In this document: piece by piece, positions 10,107 to 18,381 of the stretch
Position numbering within the stretch: the stretch's first letter is position 1
Layout: each line of letters opens with the position of its first letter
From: a virus
Lineage: Duplodnaviria > Caudoviricetes
IMG/VR virus record: IMGVR_UViG_3300030376_004613
Span: 1 to 26,747 of that record
Length of the DNA stretch: 26,747 nt
Strand: one strand, 5' to 3'
Program-made: the position numbers and the translations under genes
Notes under the pieces: generated by a model
The model's input: only the letters and a program-made list of their open reading frames with translations
Told to the model about the DNA's origin: nothing
Databases searched by the model: none

Positions 10107-10689
10107 AGTAATACAGCACTTCGGAGCAGAAGCACCAGCATTGCTTAACCGCTATGCATGCGTAGTCGAGGATGCACTTATAAATCAGGCACAAGAGACA
10201 GCTAAGTCTTTACAGCAAGTTGAAAAGCTTACTCAGTCTGTTGAAGGTGCTAAAAAGGTAGTGAAGGCAGCGGCTGAAGACAATGCTGCTTATCATGTGA
10301 TGCTTACCAACCCTGACATGTTGTCAGAGTATGTGAATGAGTTTTTCGGACCTCAAGGACCACATCCAGTAGAGTTACCACAAGATCGTCTAGCTGCTGA
10401 AGTTGCAGCGAACGAAGCACGCACACAGCAAGCTCAGTTCACACCAACTCCACAGGCAGCTCCACAGGCATCTCAGGAAGCTCCAAAGCAGGCAGCGCCA
10501 ACAAAGCAACCAGCTTTCCAGCGCCCTCAAATGGATATGCCAGCCCCTGGAACCCAAGCTGCAAGGCAAGGTGATTTCTGGGCAGCATTCTCTAACTTGA
10601 GCGATAAGAATCCAGCAGCGGCATGGCAAGCACTTAGCCAAGCAACTCCTGATCAGTTACGCAGCAAGGTATTGGTATCCGAAGCTTAA
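9622..10689 (+). CDS. Probable capsid scaffolding protein
   Basis: 355 aa; Q/P/A-rich N-terminus, central coiled-coil-like region, short C-terminal helical domain; follows the portal. Confidence 0.6.
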   Translation: MQAHTTTTQDQAIQQPSIPSSAPVPSAATQQAPVQNAQPSYQIPSAPQVETQPQVAAPQVADQNPWQEAYNRLTDSLSATQNSQPQAAYSTPTPQAAEPTSYPSQAPTYQAAPSASGMQTYLPQATQAYSQTPQVQEQTLQQQQSVQSQDGYLGAVSDESLEVIQHFGAEAPALLNRYACVVEDALINQAQETAKSLQQVEKLTQSVEGAKKVVKAAAEDNAAYHVMLTNPDMLSEYVNEFFGPQGPHPVELPQDRLAAEVAANEARTQQAQFTPTPQAAPQASQEAPKQAAPTKQPAFQRPQMDMPAPGTQAARQGDFWAAFSNLSDKNPAAAWQALSQATPDQLRSKVLVSEA

Positions 10690-10710
10690 GCAACATCTTT
10701 TAATTTTTTA

Positions 10711-11073
10711 ATGCTTAGACAAGTAACATTAGCCGCTCTTTTTTCAGCGGCTACTTTACCGGCAAGTGCTGGTGTTTATTTGAACCCTGAATTCAACAAA
10801 GCCTACGTAGGCACGGATGCATGGGGTTCAGCACTCGATCTTCATATTGGATATGAAGGTAGTGCAACAGAAAAACTTGACTACTACGTTCAAGGCGGTC
10901 CTACAGTTCTTTATCCAATCAATGGTGAAAGATCTACAGAGATCAGTGGCAAGGTTGGCGGTTCTTATGGATTAACAGAAAGACTTTCTGCTTATGGAGA
11001 GTTTGCTGGAATATCTAACGAAGACGCAGACAATGCTTATGGCTTGAAGCTTGGCGGTAAGTTTAGTTTCTAG
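10711..11073 (+). CDS. Small outer-membrane beta-barrel-like protein of the picocyanobacterial/cyanophage type
   Basis: Signal peptide ending ASA-G, amphipathic beta strands (DLHIGYEG, YYVQGGP, LSAYGE), C-terminal KFSF. Confidence 0.7.
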   Translation: MLRQVTLAALFSAATLPASAGVYLNPEFNKAYVGTDAWGSALDLHIGYEGSATEKLDYYVQGGPTVLYPINGERSTEISGKVGGSYGLTERLSAYGEFAGISNEDADNAYGLKLGGKFSF

Positions 11074-11086
11074 ATAAATAAACAAT

Positions 11087-11120
11087 AAGACCACTGCTGT
11101 AATGGCGGTGGTTTTTTATT
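11087..11120 (+). terminator. Rho-independent terminator
   Basis: ACCACTGCT-GTAAT-GGCGGTGGT stem-loop running into a TTTTTTATT tract. Confidence 0.75.
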
Positions 11121-11122
11121 GC

Positions 11123-11133
11123 CTAAAATAAAG
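11123..11133 (+). promoter_or_regulatory. Putative phage promoter motif CTAAAATAAAG (one copy of a recurring element)
   Basis: Lies right after a terminator and before ATG 11145; near-identical copies at 12171, 20917, 21384 and 26548. Confidence 0.5.
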
Positions 11134-11144
11134 AAAAAACTGTA

Positions 11145-11750
11145 ATGACTAGGTTTGCAGGACAAGATAATATCCTTGGAAAAATACAGGAATTAGAAAG
11201 GGCAAGCGAAGAGGGTAGTGTTCCCTACTTAACTCCTTACATGAGTAGTCAGAACAAGCGTTCTCAAAAGTCAGGTGGCCGCTCCTATTTTGATACCATT
11301 GAAGACAAGAGGAAAGAACTAGACGATATTGTTAACACCGACGGTGGTCCATGGAAGAAGCCTGACAAGCCTGAAGAGGAAGTTAAACCTGTAAAGCCTG
11401 AAGAGCCCGAAAAACCTAAAGATCCAGAAGATGAAAAAACAGATGGACGGAAATTTACTGAAAAGTTATACGGGGGTCAATCACTGACAGATGATGAATT
11501 AGAGTGGAGAATGAAAACCAATCCAGCCACTACTCCAGAGGACTGGGCGAGAGCATTTGGCAAATGTAGGACTACGAGAAGTAGCGATAAGCATGCTAGT
11601 ATTCCAAGCGATTGTTACTGGCCTGAAGAAGGTGGTTTAGAAGGGAGTGATTTTTACAAGGTAGGAGGAGGTGGTCGTAAAAGTGCTCCAAAAGGGAGAA
11701 CAAAAAAAGCTTCTAGAAGCGGCGGTGGTGTCGGTCATGGTGGCGGGTAA
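11145..11750 (+). CDS. Hypothetical charged low-complexity protein
   Basis: 201 aa with KP[DE]E repeats and a basic Gly-rich tail. Confidence 0.6.
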   Translation: MTRFAGQDNILGKIQELERASEEGSVPYLTPYMSSQNKRSQKSGGRSYFDTIEDKRKELDDIVNTDGGPWKKPDKPEEEVKPVKPEEPEKPKDPEDEKTDGRKFTEKLYGGQSLTDDELEWRMKTNPATTPEDWARAFGKCRTTRSSDKHASIPSDCYWPEEGGLEGSDFYKVGGGGRKSAPKGRTKKASRSGGGVGHGGG

Positions 11751-12160
11751 TGAGTACAACCATCACAGATGATCCAGTTTGGGCTAGGTCAGGAAAATGC
11801 CCTACCGCAACGCAGAATGTAAAAGAGAACACAAAAAATAGGGATTGGACAATTGAAAATTTTGGTTACGGTCCCTTGAATCCTGATAATCCTGATCCAG
11901 GTTTTTGGGAAGGTAAGGCTGAACTATGGAAAACGAACGTTGAAGTTGCAAAAACGGCACTATGCGGTAATTGCGCTGCTTTCGATCAAACACCAAGAGT
12001 ATTGGGCTGCATTATTAAAGGAGTGAATGAGAAGGGTACAGTGGCTAACCCAGCGCATGTTCAACAATATGGAAACCTTGGTTATTGCCAATTATTTAAA
12101 TTTAAATGTGCAGGAGAGCGTACTTGTGACGCATGGGTTCACGGTGGACCAATTCAATAA
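11750..12160 (+). CDS. Cys-rich, probably metal-binding protein
   Basis: CGNC...GYC-x6-C-x5-CDAW; 8 Cys in 136 aa; TAATG coupling to the previous gene. Confidence 0.6.
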   Translation: MSTTITDDPVWARSGKCPTATQNVKENTKNRDWTIENFGYGPLNPDNPDPGFWEGKAELWKTNVEVAKTALCGNCAAFDQTPRVLGCIIKGVNEKGTVANPAHVQQYGNLGYCQLFKFKCAGERTCDAWVHGGPIQ

Positions 12161-12202
12161 AAAATTTTTCCTAAAATAAGATCTGCTAGTAGACGTATTA
12201 GC

Positions 12203-12234
12203 ATTCCCTAACCGAGACCATGGGAATAAGTCTC
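12203..12234 (+). ncRNA. psbA 5'-leader pseudoknot, probably a PhotoRC-II-type RNA motif
   Basis: ATTCCC (12203-08) pairs with GGGAAT (12222-27); loop GAGAC (12214-18) pairs with GTCTC (12230-34). The position upstream of a phage psbA fits the PhotoRC motifs; the family assignment is from memory. Confidence 0.6.
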
Positions 12235-12268
12235 TCATCATACAAGTTTCAAACGTACTTTTCTTAAG

Positions 12269-13354
12269 ATGACTACATCATCCTCTCTTAGAGGTGGTAG
12301 CTTACTGAACGGATGGGACGAGCTTACTAGTTGGGTTACTTCAACTAATAATCGCATCTACGTTGGCTGGTTCGGGGTATTAATGATCCCTTGCCTGCTT
12401 GCTGCTGCAACTTGTTTCATAATCGCTTTCATAGCTGCACCTCCCGTTGATATCGACGGAATTCGTGAACCAGTAGCTGGTTCATTTCTATATGGCAACA
12501 ACATTATTTCTGGTGCTGTTGTACCTAGTAGTAACGCAATTGGGTTACATTTCTACCCCATATGGGAAGCGGCGACGCTAGACGAATGGTTATATAACGG
12601 TGGTCCTTACCAGCTCGTTGTTTTCCATTTTTTAATTGGAATATCTGCATATATGGGAAGACAGTGGGAACTGTCATACCGTTTAGGAATGCGTCCTTGG
12701 ATCTGTGTTGCTTATTCAGCACCAGTATCTGCTGCATTCGCTGTATTCCTTGTATACCCTTTTGGTCAGGGTTCTTTCTCTGACGGAATGCCTTTAGGAA
12801 TATCAGGAACATTTAACTTTATGTTCGTATTCCAGGCTGAACACAACATTTTGATGCACCCCTTCCATATGGCTGGAGTAGCAGGAATGTTTGGAGGAGC
12901 TTTATTCTCCGCAATGCATGGCTCACTTGTGACTTCTTCTTTGATTAGAGAGACTACTGGTCTTACTTCTCAAAACTATGGTTATAAGTTTGGTCAAGAA
13001 GAAGAGACCTATAACATCGTGGCCGCTCATGGCTACTTCGGAAGATTAATCTTCCAATATGCGTCATTTAATAACTCAAGAAGTCTTCACTTTTTCCTTG
13101 CTAGCTGGCCTGTCATCTGTATATGGCTAACAAGTATGGGGATTTGTACTATGGCTTTCAACTTAAATGGTTTCAACTTTAATCAGTCTGTCGTAGACTA
13201 TAAAGGAAAAGTCATTCCTACTTGGGGAGACGTACTTAATCGCGCCAACCTCGGAATGGAAGTTATGCACGAGCGCAATGCTCATAACTTCCCGCTAGAC
13301 CTCGCTTCTACAGCATCTAGTGAAGTAGCCTTACTTGCACCTGCAATCGGCTAA
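12269..13354 (+). CDS. psbA: Photosystem II D1 protein (phage auxiliary metabolic gene)
   Basis: Full 361-aa D1: [49 protein letters not shown]; uninterrupted. Confidence 0.99.
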   Translation: MTTSSSLRGGSLLNGWDELTSWVTSTNNRIYVGWFGVLMIPCLLAAATCFIIAFIAAPPVDIDGIREPVAGSFLYGNNIISGAVVPSSNAIGLHFYPIWEAATLDEWLYNGGPYQLVVFHFLIGISAYMGRQWELSYRLGMRPWICVAYSAPVSAAFAVFLVYPFGQGSFSDGMPLGISGTFNFMFVFQAEHNILMHPFHMAGVAGMFGGALFSAMHGSLVTSSLIRETTGLTSQNYGYKFGQEEETYNIVAAHGYFGRLIFQYASFNNSRSLHFFLASWPVICIWLTSMGICTMAFNLNGFNFNQSVVDYKGKVIPTWGDVLNRANLGMEVMHERNAHNFPLDLASTASSEVALLAPAIG

Positions 13355-13367
13355 TCGAGAAGCTATC

Positions 13368-13385
13368 GCCCCGTTCACGCGGGGC
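13368..13385 (+). other. GC-rich hairpin after psbA (3'-end stabiliser or weak terminator)
   Basis: GCCCCGT-TCAC-GCGGGGC, no U-tract. Confidence 0.5.
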
Positions 13386-13393
13386 TACACCAT

Positions 13394-13732
13394 ATGAATT
13401 TGCCACCAGTAGATATAAATGTTGACGCAGCTCGCATGAACGAGTTGGGTCCATCAAGCTATCAAGAAAACCAAGCAGTTAATCAAACTCTTAAAACTCA
13501 AGAAGTTAGGAACGAAGTCTCTGCTAACCAAGGCACTGCTGCCCTACAAGAAGCTGCTAAAACAGATGCTCTAAGAGCAAGACAAGAACAACATCAAATG
13601 GCAACATTGGATATGTATTACGTTGCTGAAGCTAAAAAAGCAGCGGGTATCAATCCAGCCAATTCAGCCGTTAATGATTTGGCTCAGTTCACAGCAAAGT
13701 ATCCAGAAGCTATTAGAGCTCTCCTTAGTTAA
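13394..13732 (+). CDS. Hypothetical protein
   Basis: 112-aa Ala/Gln-rich ORF. Confidence 0.6.
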   Translation: MNLPPVDINVDAARMNELGPSSYQENQAVNQTLKTQEVRNEVSANQGTAALQEAAKTDALRARQEQHQMATLDMYYVAEAKKAAGINPANSAVNDLAQFTAKYPEAIRALLS

Positions 13733-13769
13733 AGTTCATAGTTAACATAAACGTAGTCGTAATTACCTA

Positions 13770-14042
13770 ATGCGCCTAGCTGGCAATGGGTCAATTGATG
13801 ATGCCAGTGATTATCCTTACGAAGAAGGGGATGATACAAGGTTTGCGGGTCGTGATAATGCGGAGATATTTCTAGAAACATACGAGTTACTTCAATCAAA
13901 AGGATACAGTAGTAGTGCGGCTCAAGACGTAGCTGAAAGAATGACGTTGAACCAAGAGCCGATGGCAAAGAAAACAGTACGATTTGCAAGAATTTACGAT
14001 GACCCATCCGCTGACGATCAAGAAAGCAGCATCTCTGATTGA
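13770..14042 (+). CDS. Hypothetical acidic protein
   Basis: 90-aa ORF; its tail overlaps the lysin start. Confidence 0.55.
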   Translation: MRLAGNGSIDDASDYPYEEGDDTRFAGRDNAEIFLETYELLQSKGYSSSAAQDVAERMTLNQEPMAKKTVRFARIYDDPSADDQESSISD

Positions 14043-15144
14043 GAGATTTGAAGGAACAGAAGTTGAATCTTATTTAGATCCTTTAGGCGTTCCAACAATA
14101 TGCACAGGCATGACTCGTTACTCCAATGGCGAACCAGTTCGACTAGGTGATGTCTGTTACGAATCTATCTGCACTGCTTATACAGAAGAACTGATCGGAC
14201 GGGATATTCTTCCTGAGATGACGAAGATTCCTGGGTGGAATAATTTAGGTTCTTGCAGACAAGCAGCATTGATTAGCTTTGCTTGGAATATGGCATATGA
14301 TTTCTTCGAAAAGCCAGAATACGAGGAACTTCAAGAAGTTTTAATAGAGGGATCAAGACGACCAGAAGCGTATGAAGATGTCGGTTATGTCTTAAGTAGA
14401 TTTGCCAAATCTGCGGGTGTGGAAATGCCTGGATTAATGTATCGACGTGAAGTTGAAGCAACCGAATGGCAAAAAGAATCTGTAAGTCCTATCCATCTCA
14501 CTGCTTCTCAAGATACGTACCTGAAGAAAGCACCAATCGATAGCTTGCAATTATCAGATAAGGGAAAAGAATATATTGAAGTCGAAGAAGAATTAACTGT
14601 TTCTCGTATAACAGAGATTCCAAGAGATGCTCACTGTAAGGTGAAGATGCTTGGTAGTGGGGAAGAGTGGATTATCTACCAGCCACACTGGAGAGAAAAA
14701 GTTGCAACAAACTTCATTACGAAGAAAGCAGAGTCCATCGATTGGAATGTTTTAGAGGATCGGGCTGGAATATATCTAACCGTAGGAGAAATACTTCAAT
14801 ATGACCCATGTAGAGCGCCTTTAAGAGGCAGTGAAGACGAAAGACAGCTCATTGAATTAGCTAAGCAGTTTGACGCGATCAGAGAGGCATGGGGAGCGCC
14901 TATAGGAGTAGTGGGTGGATATAGGCCAGAAGAGAAGATTATTGATAATTATCATTCAAAAGGAATGGCACTAGATATTTATCCAGTTAATGATTCATTA
15001 GCTGAATTTAGTAAGTGGCTAGGAAAAAGATGGAATGGAGGAATCCTCTTAAATAACAAAAAAGGTTATGTCCATATTGATATTCGTCGCAACGCAACCT
15101 TCTCGTCTAGACCTCAACAGTCTTTAAAATCCTTAGCCATCTGA
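13999..15144 (+). CDS. Modular lysin: GH24-type lysozyme plus C-terminal M15-type zinc peptidase
   Basis: N-terminal LIERFEG...YLDPLGVPTICTG (E-x8-D-x5-T); C-terminal GYRP...YHSKGMALDI...GYVHIDIR. ATG 13999 preferred over TTG 13984. Confidence 0.8.
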   Translation: MTHPLTIKKAASLIERFEGTEVESYLDPLGVPTICTGMTRYSNGEPVRLGDVCYESICTAYTEELIGRDILPEMTKIPGWNNLGSCRQAALISFAWNMAYDFFEKPEYEELQEVLIEGSRRPEAYEDVGYVLSRFAKSAGVEMPGLMYRREVEATEWQKESVSPIHLTASQDTYLKKAPIDSLQLSDKGKEYIEVEEELTVSRITEIPRDAHCKVKMLGSGEEWIIYQPHWREKVATNFITKKAESIDWNVLEDRAGIYLTVGEILQYDPCRAPLRGSEDERQLIELAKQFDAIREAWGAPIGVVGGYRPEEKIIDNYHSKGMALDIYPVNDSLAEFSKWLGKRWNGGILLNNKKGYVHIDIRRNATFSSRPQQSLKSLAI

Positions 15145-15662
15145 GATCCAATCTCAGCACCCTTATCCATACCAACCATTGCAGCAGCTCCTGCTAAGAA
15201 TGGCCCTAGTATTGGCACTCCGGCGAATGCAGGCGCAGCAGCCGTTCCAACTGCGGAGCCAACGAGCCTTCCCGTGTTCTTACCTGAGCCACCTGCTTCA
15301 ATACAGGCAATTTGCTTTGCCGTGAGTTCGGGACTGTGAATTGATGATTGGTTAAATTCATCTCCAACAGGCGATTGTTTGAGTATGTAGGTATCTGATT
15401 TCCCTTTTCCAAAGAAGCCCGAAGGCTTATTTATTGTTCTTACCTCCTCTACTATCTTAGGATCATGCATCCGATGCTTGATGTTATAAGACTGAGCTTT
15501 CTCAGACTTGAATACATCAATGCTGTAGGAAGAATATTGGCTTACAGGTAAGTTGAATTTCGGTAGTCCACTTTGATTTCGACCCAGCAACGATATCGCG
15601 AATAGGTTGGAAGCTCCGAAAGCTAAACCGGCTCCAACGATGAGCCATCTTTGCTGGGACAT
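15114..15662 (-). CDS. Membrane protein with glycine zipper
   Basis: N-terminal hydrophobic helix; C-terminal GRLVGSAVGTAAAP...GPFLAGAAAMVG bracketed by two Cys. Confidence 0.65.
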   Translation of the reverse strand: MSQQRWLIVGAGLAFGASNLFAISLLGRNQSGLPKFNLPVSQYSSYSIDVFKSEKAQSYNIKHRMHDPKIVEEVRTINKPSGFFGKGKSDTYILKQSPVGDEFNQSSIHSPELTAKQIACIEAGGSGKNTGRLVGSAVGTAAAPAFAGVPILGPFLAGAAAMVGMDKGAEIGSQMAKDFKDC

Positions 15663-15665
15663 AAT

Positions 15666-16088
15666 TTAAATCACTTTAATTGCCATCGCACCGGCATTGA
15701 ATTGAACGGTGTCGCCTAGCTGAACGTCAACATTGGTAGTTAACGAACCTGATGCTAGGAAATTTCCAGACGAAGCGGCGTCCCAAATGCCGAAATGAGT
15801 AACAGTGGTGCCACTTGAGTTCTGTGCGCTGGTCGTAATTTGGCATACTCCAGAGTTGGTGATTTGAAATCCACCACCACTTGCAGATCCAACAGTACTA
15901 AAAGCAGAAGCTGCTATTGCAACACGAGTACTATTACCACGAATAGACGCAGTTGCATCATTATTAGTTCCTGCAACACCTGGATCAGCAGTATGTAAAG
16001 AGACGTATACGTTCGTTAATGCTGTTGGAAAACTTGTATTCTTGTACCAACTAAGAACCTTGGTCGCAAGATATTGAGAAAATGCCAT
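15666..16088 (-). CDS. Probable virion structural (tail/fibre-associated) beta protein
   Basis: VYVSLHTADPG...TVTHFGIWDAASSGNFL...GDTVQFNAG pattern, which I recognise from small phage tail-associated proteins. Confidence 0.65.
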   Translation of the reverse strand: MAFSQYLATKVLSWYKNTSFPTALTNVYVSLHTADPGVAGTNNDATASIRGNSTRVAIAASAFSTVGSASGGGFQITNSGVCQITTSAQNSSGTTVTHFGIWDAASSGNFLASGSLTTNVDVQLGDTVQFNAGAMAIKVI

Positions 16089-16135
16089 TAAATCTCTAGT
16101 TCATCAATTACATTCTGGCAAGAATGGTAGACGTA

Positions 16136-16927
16136 TTAGCCGTAACCGCCGCCAGGGGATGTAACTGTTAGTGTAGCTGTATTTGAACTTGAACCGCTGG
16201 CTGTTCCCTCAATTCTCCAAGTCATTCTTAATCGTCCATAAGTTTGATCAGACATGGTTATAGTACCCTTCATAATTGTTAGAGCACCAGTTGTCTGATC
16301 TTCTGAAACCGAAGTACCAGCCAGTTGATCTAAGGAATTGACAGGTACAAATGTCAGACTTGCTTCCGAAGTACCAGATAGAGTTCCATATAGTTTTACA
16401 AGAGCTAAGCGAGCACTTAATTCGTGCTTATCTTCTGTCGATCCATCAAGTAAAACGTATCTAATAACTTGGACGTTGACGCTAAATGGTATGGATTGCC
16501 ACTGGGAATTAGTGATCGTAAAGTAGTAGGTTCCTTTCGGTTGCTGAAGAATTGCTTCTATCGGAACGGTATTAACAATTTCATTGAAATAAGTAAATCC
16601 ATTCTCATCAATTTGCATCTGGTCGTAATTGCTATTCAGCACCCCTATAGCAAGATATTTATCTTCGAATTTATTGAGAATGTTCTTGGTTATTTTTAGA
16701 TCAGATTCACCGTTAGTGACAACCTTGAAGTAAAGAGTATTGGCTCCATCTTGAGATCCAACAGAACCAGTTAAGGTTGTAGCGAGGTTATCGACAGTAC
16801 CAAGATCTTTTGCTTTTGCTGGAGAATTATATTTAACACGTTCTGGCCTTAAAAAAGACGGTGATGACTTATCACTACCGCCATAGGCTCCAGTTAATGT
16901 ATTAATCGAATCGGAGACGGAAGTCAT
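16136..16927 (-). CDS. Ser/Thr-rich probable structural protein
   Basis: 263 aa, beta-rich composition, co-oriented with 15666-16088. Confidence 0.55.
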   Translation of the reverse strand: MTSVSDSINTLTGAYGGSDKSSPSFLRPERVKYNSPAKAKDLGTVDNLATTLTGSVGSQDGANTLYFKVVTNGESDLKITKNILNKFEDKYLAIGVLNSNYDQMQIDENGFTYFNEIVNTVPIEAILQQPKGTYYFTITNSQWQSIPFSVNVQVIRYVLLDGSTEDKHELSARLALVKLYGTLSGTSEASLTFVPVNSLDQLAGTSVSEDQTTGALTIMKGTITMSDQTYGRLRMTWRIEGTASGSSSNTATLTVTSPGGGYG

Positions 16928-16975
16928 TCAGACATGAGATCCCTTGTATAGTCGTATTTTAGTTAATCTCAAAGA

Positions 16976-17103
16976 TCAGGAGCCCTGCACGATAGCTAAA
17001 CGCACAGGGTGCAGATTAAAGCTCTAAGAAACTACAAAAATTAGAACTCCTGACATGGACCAAACCCCTGACGTAGTTCTGCTTCGGGGCAAGTTTAATC
17101 TAC
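16976..17103 (-). ncRNA. Candidate structured RNA of unknown family
   Basis: Six complementary segment pairs tile the intergenic region; G-U pairs work only on the minus strand (see findings). Confidence 0.55.
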
Positions 17104-17690
17104 CTGAATTTTGAGATCTGTGGCCTTAGAGTTTTCTTCATCGTGTAGTGCATCATTGGTTTTAAGAGTCTGAATAATTCTTCTAATGAATCTTTCTTGA
17201 AGCTCAACTGAATGATGCTGACATTATTGCGATGAATCTTTGCAGGAATACTTAGATCGTTAAACCAAGATTCCAGCGCTAAATAATCATTCTCTGAATA
17301 GCGACCACGAATAGAACCACGCTTACCTGAGATACGACCTTGATCAATCCATAAAGCAGCAGCTCCTTTTAATCCAGCAATATTGAGAACCTCTCTCGAA
17401 ATACGTTTACTGTCTTTTGGGTACATCAGTTCATAGACCCTCCAGAGCAGATCACCATTAAAACGTATGCGCTCTAAATCGTAGAAGCCATCTGTAGGAA
17501 CCCGATCAGCTAGGTAATCAACAGCTCCATCATGGGTTTGCTTAAGTGTCCTTAGTTGATGGGTGAGATAAGTACGATCAACTTCTGATCTGACAATTTC
17601 CAGCCATGGCCTCTGATTCTTCCCCTTGAGGCTGATGCTCCCCTTTCCTAAGTTGTAACTCAGTGCGTGCGCTACGAATTGAACTGACAT
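17100..17690 (-). CDS. Degenerate LAGLIDADG-family (LAGLIDADG_2-like) protein, probably nuclease-dead
   Basis: Motif 1 ALSYNLGKGSI, motif 2 AAALWIDQG, and linker YELMYP...KRISREVLN parallel to the neighbouring gene; AGGAG RBS. Confidence 0.65.
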   Translation of the reverse strand: MSVQFVAHALSYNLGKGSISLKGKNQRPWLEIVRSEVDRTYLTHQLRTLKQTHDGAVDYLADRVPTDGFYDLERIRFNGDLLWRVYELMYPKDSKRISREVLNIAGLKGAAALWIDQGRISGKRGSIRGRYSENDYLALESWFNDLSIPAKIHRNNVSIIQLSFKKDSLEELFRLLKPMMHYTMKKTLRPQISKFR

Positions 17691-18336
17691 CCCATAACTC
17701 CTGTTTAAATAAATGCAAACGACTTTTTGGTGCGTAAGGTATTAATTGCTCTTGAAGCTTCTTGGTTTGTTCAGCATCGAAGATCAATCTTGGTCTGATA
17801 TGGTCTTCATCGAGCTTTCCATTAGCACCAACTAACATTTGTAGCCATTGAGCAATTAGAAGAGCTTCTTCTTCTGTAGTTCCGACTCTGACCAGAGAAG
17901 ATGAACCGTTTTTATTGATTTTCGCTCCTTCTGCCCATAACCATGCAGCAGCTTGAGCACCTAACAAATCAAGTGCTATTTGCGTGATTTGCCTTTCACC
18001 GACTGGGTAGAGAAGATTGAAGATAGGACGTAATTTATTGGTTGAGACTCTAAATCGCAGAATCGAAGTCCTACTACCGTTTAATCGAGGCTTTGTTTTA
18101 TAGGGAACAATTTTGGCCCTAGTGAAAATAAATTGCTTAAATTCTTCAACTTTTTCTTCTAGAAATGCGTTCTCAGATAACCCAGCAGTGAGTGTTAGTT
18201 GAACATATCCCCCACTAGGAGTGCGATATGGGACAAGACTACCATCTGCTATCAATAATCCGAGCAGTCCACGAACGTCTGTGGCCTCCAAAAGTTTTAC
18301 CCTATGAGATGTACTTATGATATAGACAACACACAA
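17578..18336 (-). CDS. Free-standing LAGLIDADG homing endonuclease (LAGLIDADG_2-like)
   Basis: Motif 1 LLGLLIADGS, linker FNLLYP..ERQIT...LDLL, motif 2 AAAWLWAEG. The true start may be TTG at 18291. Confidence 0.8.
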   Translation of the reverse strand: MCVVYIISTSHRVKLLEATDVRGLLGLLIADGSLVPYRTPSGGYVQLTLTAGLSENAFLEEKVEEFKQFIFTRAKIVPYKTKPRLNGSRTSILRFRVSTNKLRPIFNLLYPVGERQITQIALDLLGAQAAAWLWAEGAKINKNGSSSLVRVGTTEEEALLIAQWLQMLVGANGKLDEDHIRPRLIFDAEQTKKLQEQLIPYAPKSRLHLFKQELWDVSSIRSARTELQLRKGEHQPQGEESEAMAGNCQIRS

Positions 18337-18381
18337 TAGGTGTGTATTTGTTCCCTATAAGTTTCGGAGTTATAAATCCCA

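Noticed and set aside
9704-10141. 145-aa antisense ORF across the portal/scaffold overlap (triple coding)
   Set aside because: No protein-like features; explained by the low stop frequency of the low-complexity sense sequence.
12269-13354. Group I intron in psbA, as in some cyanomyoviruses
   Set aside because: The D1 frame is continuous and of normal length.
13368-13385. Canonical terminator after psbA
   Set aside because: The hairpin lacks a U-tract, so it is kept only as a structural element.
16976-17103. Assigning the intergenic RNA as a hammerhead, HDV-like ribozyme, tRNA or group I remnant
   Set aside because: No CUGANGA/GAAA core, no HDV L3 or J4/2 catalytic C, no cloverleaf or T-loop, and no P/Q/R/S elements; left unassigned.
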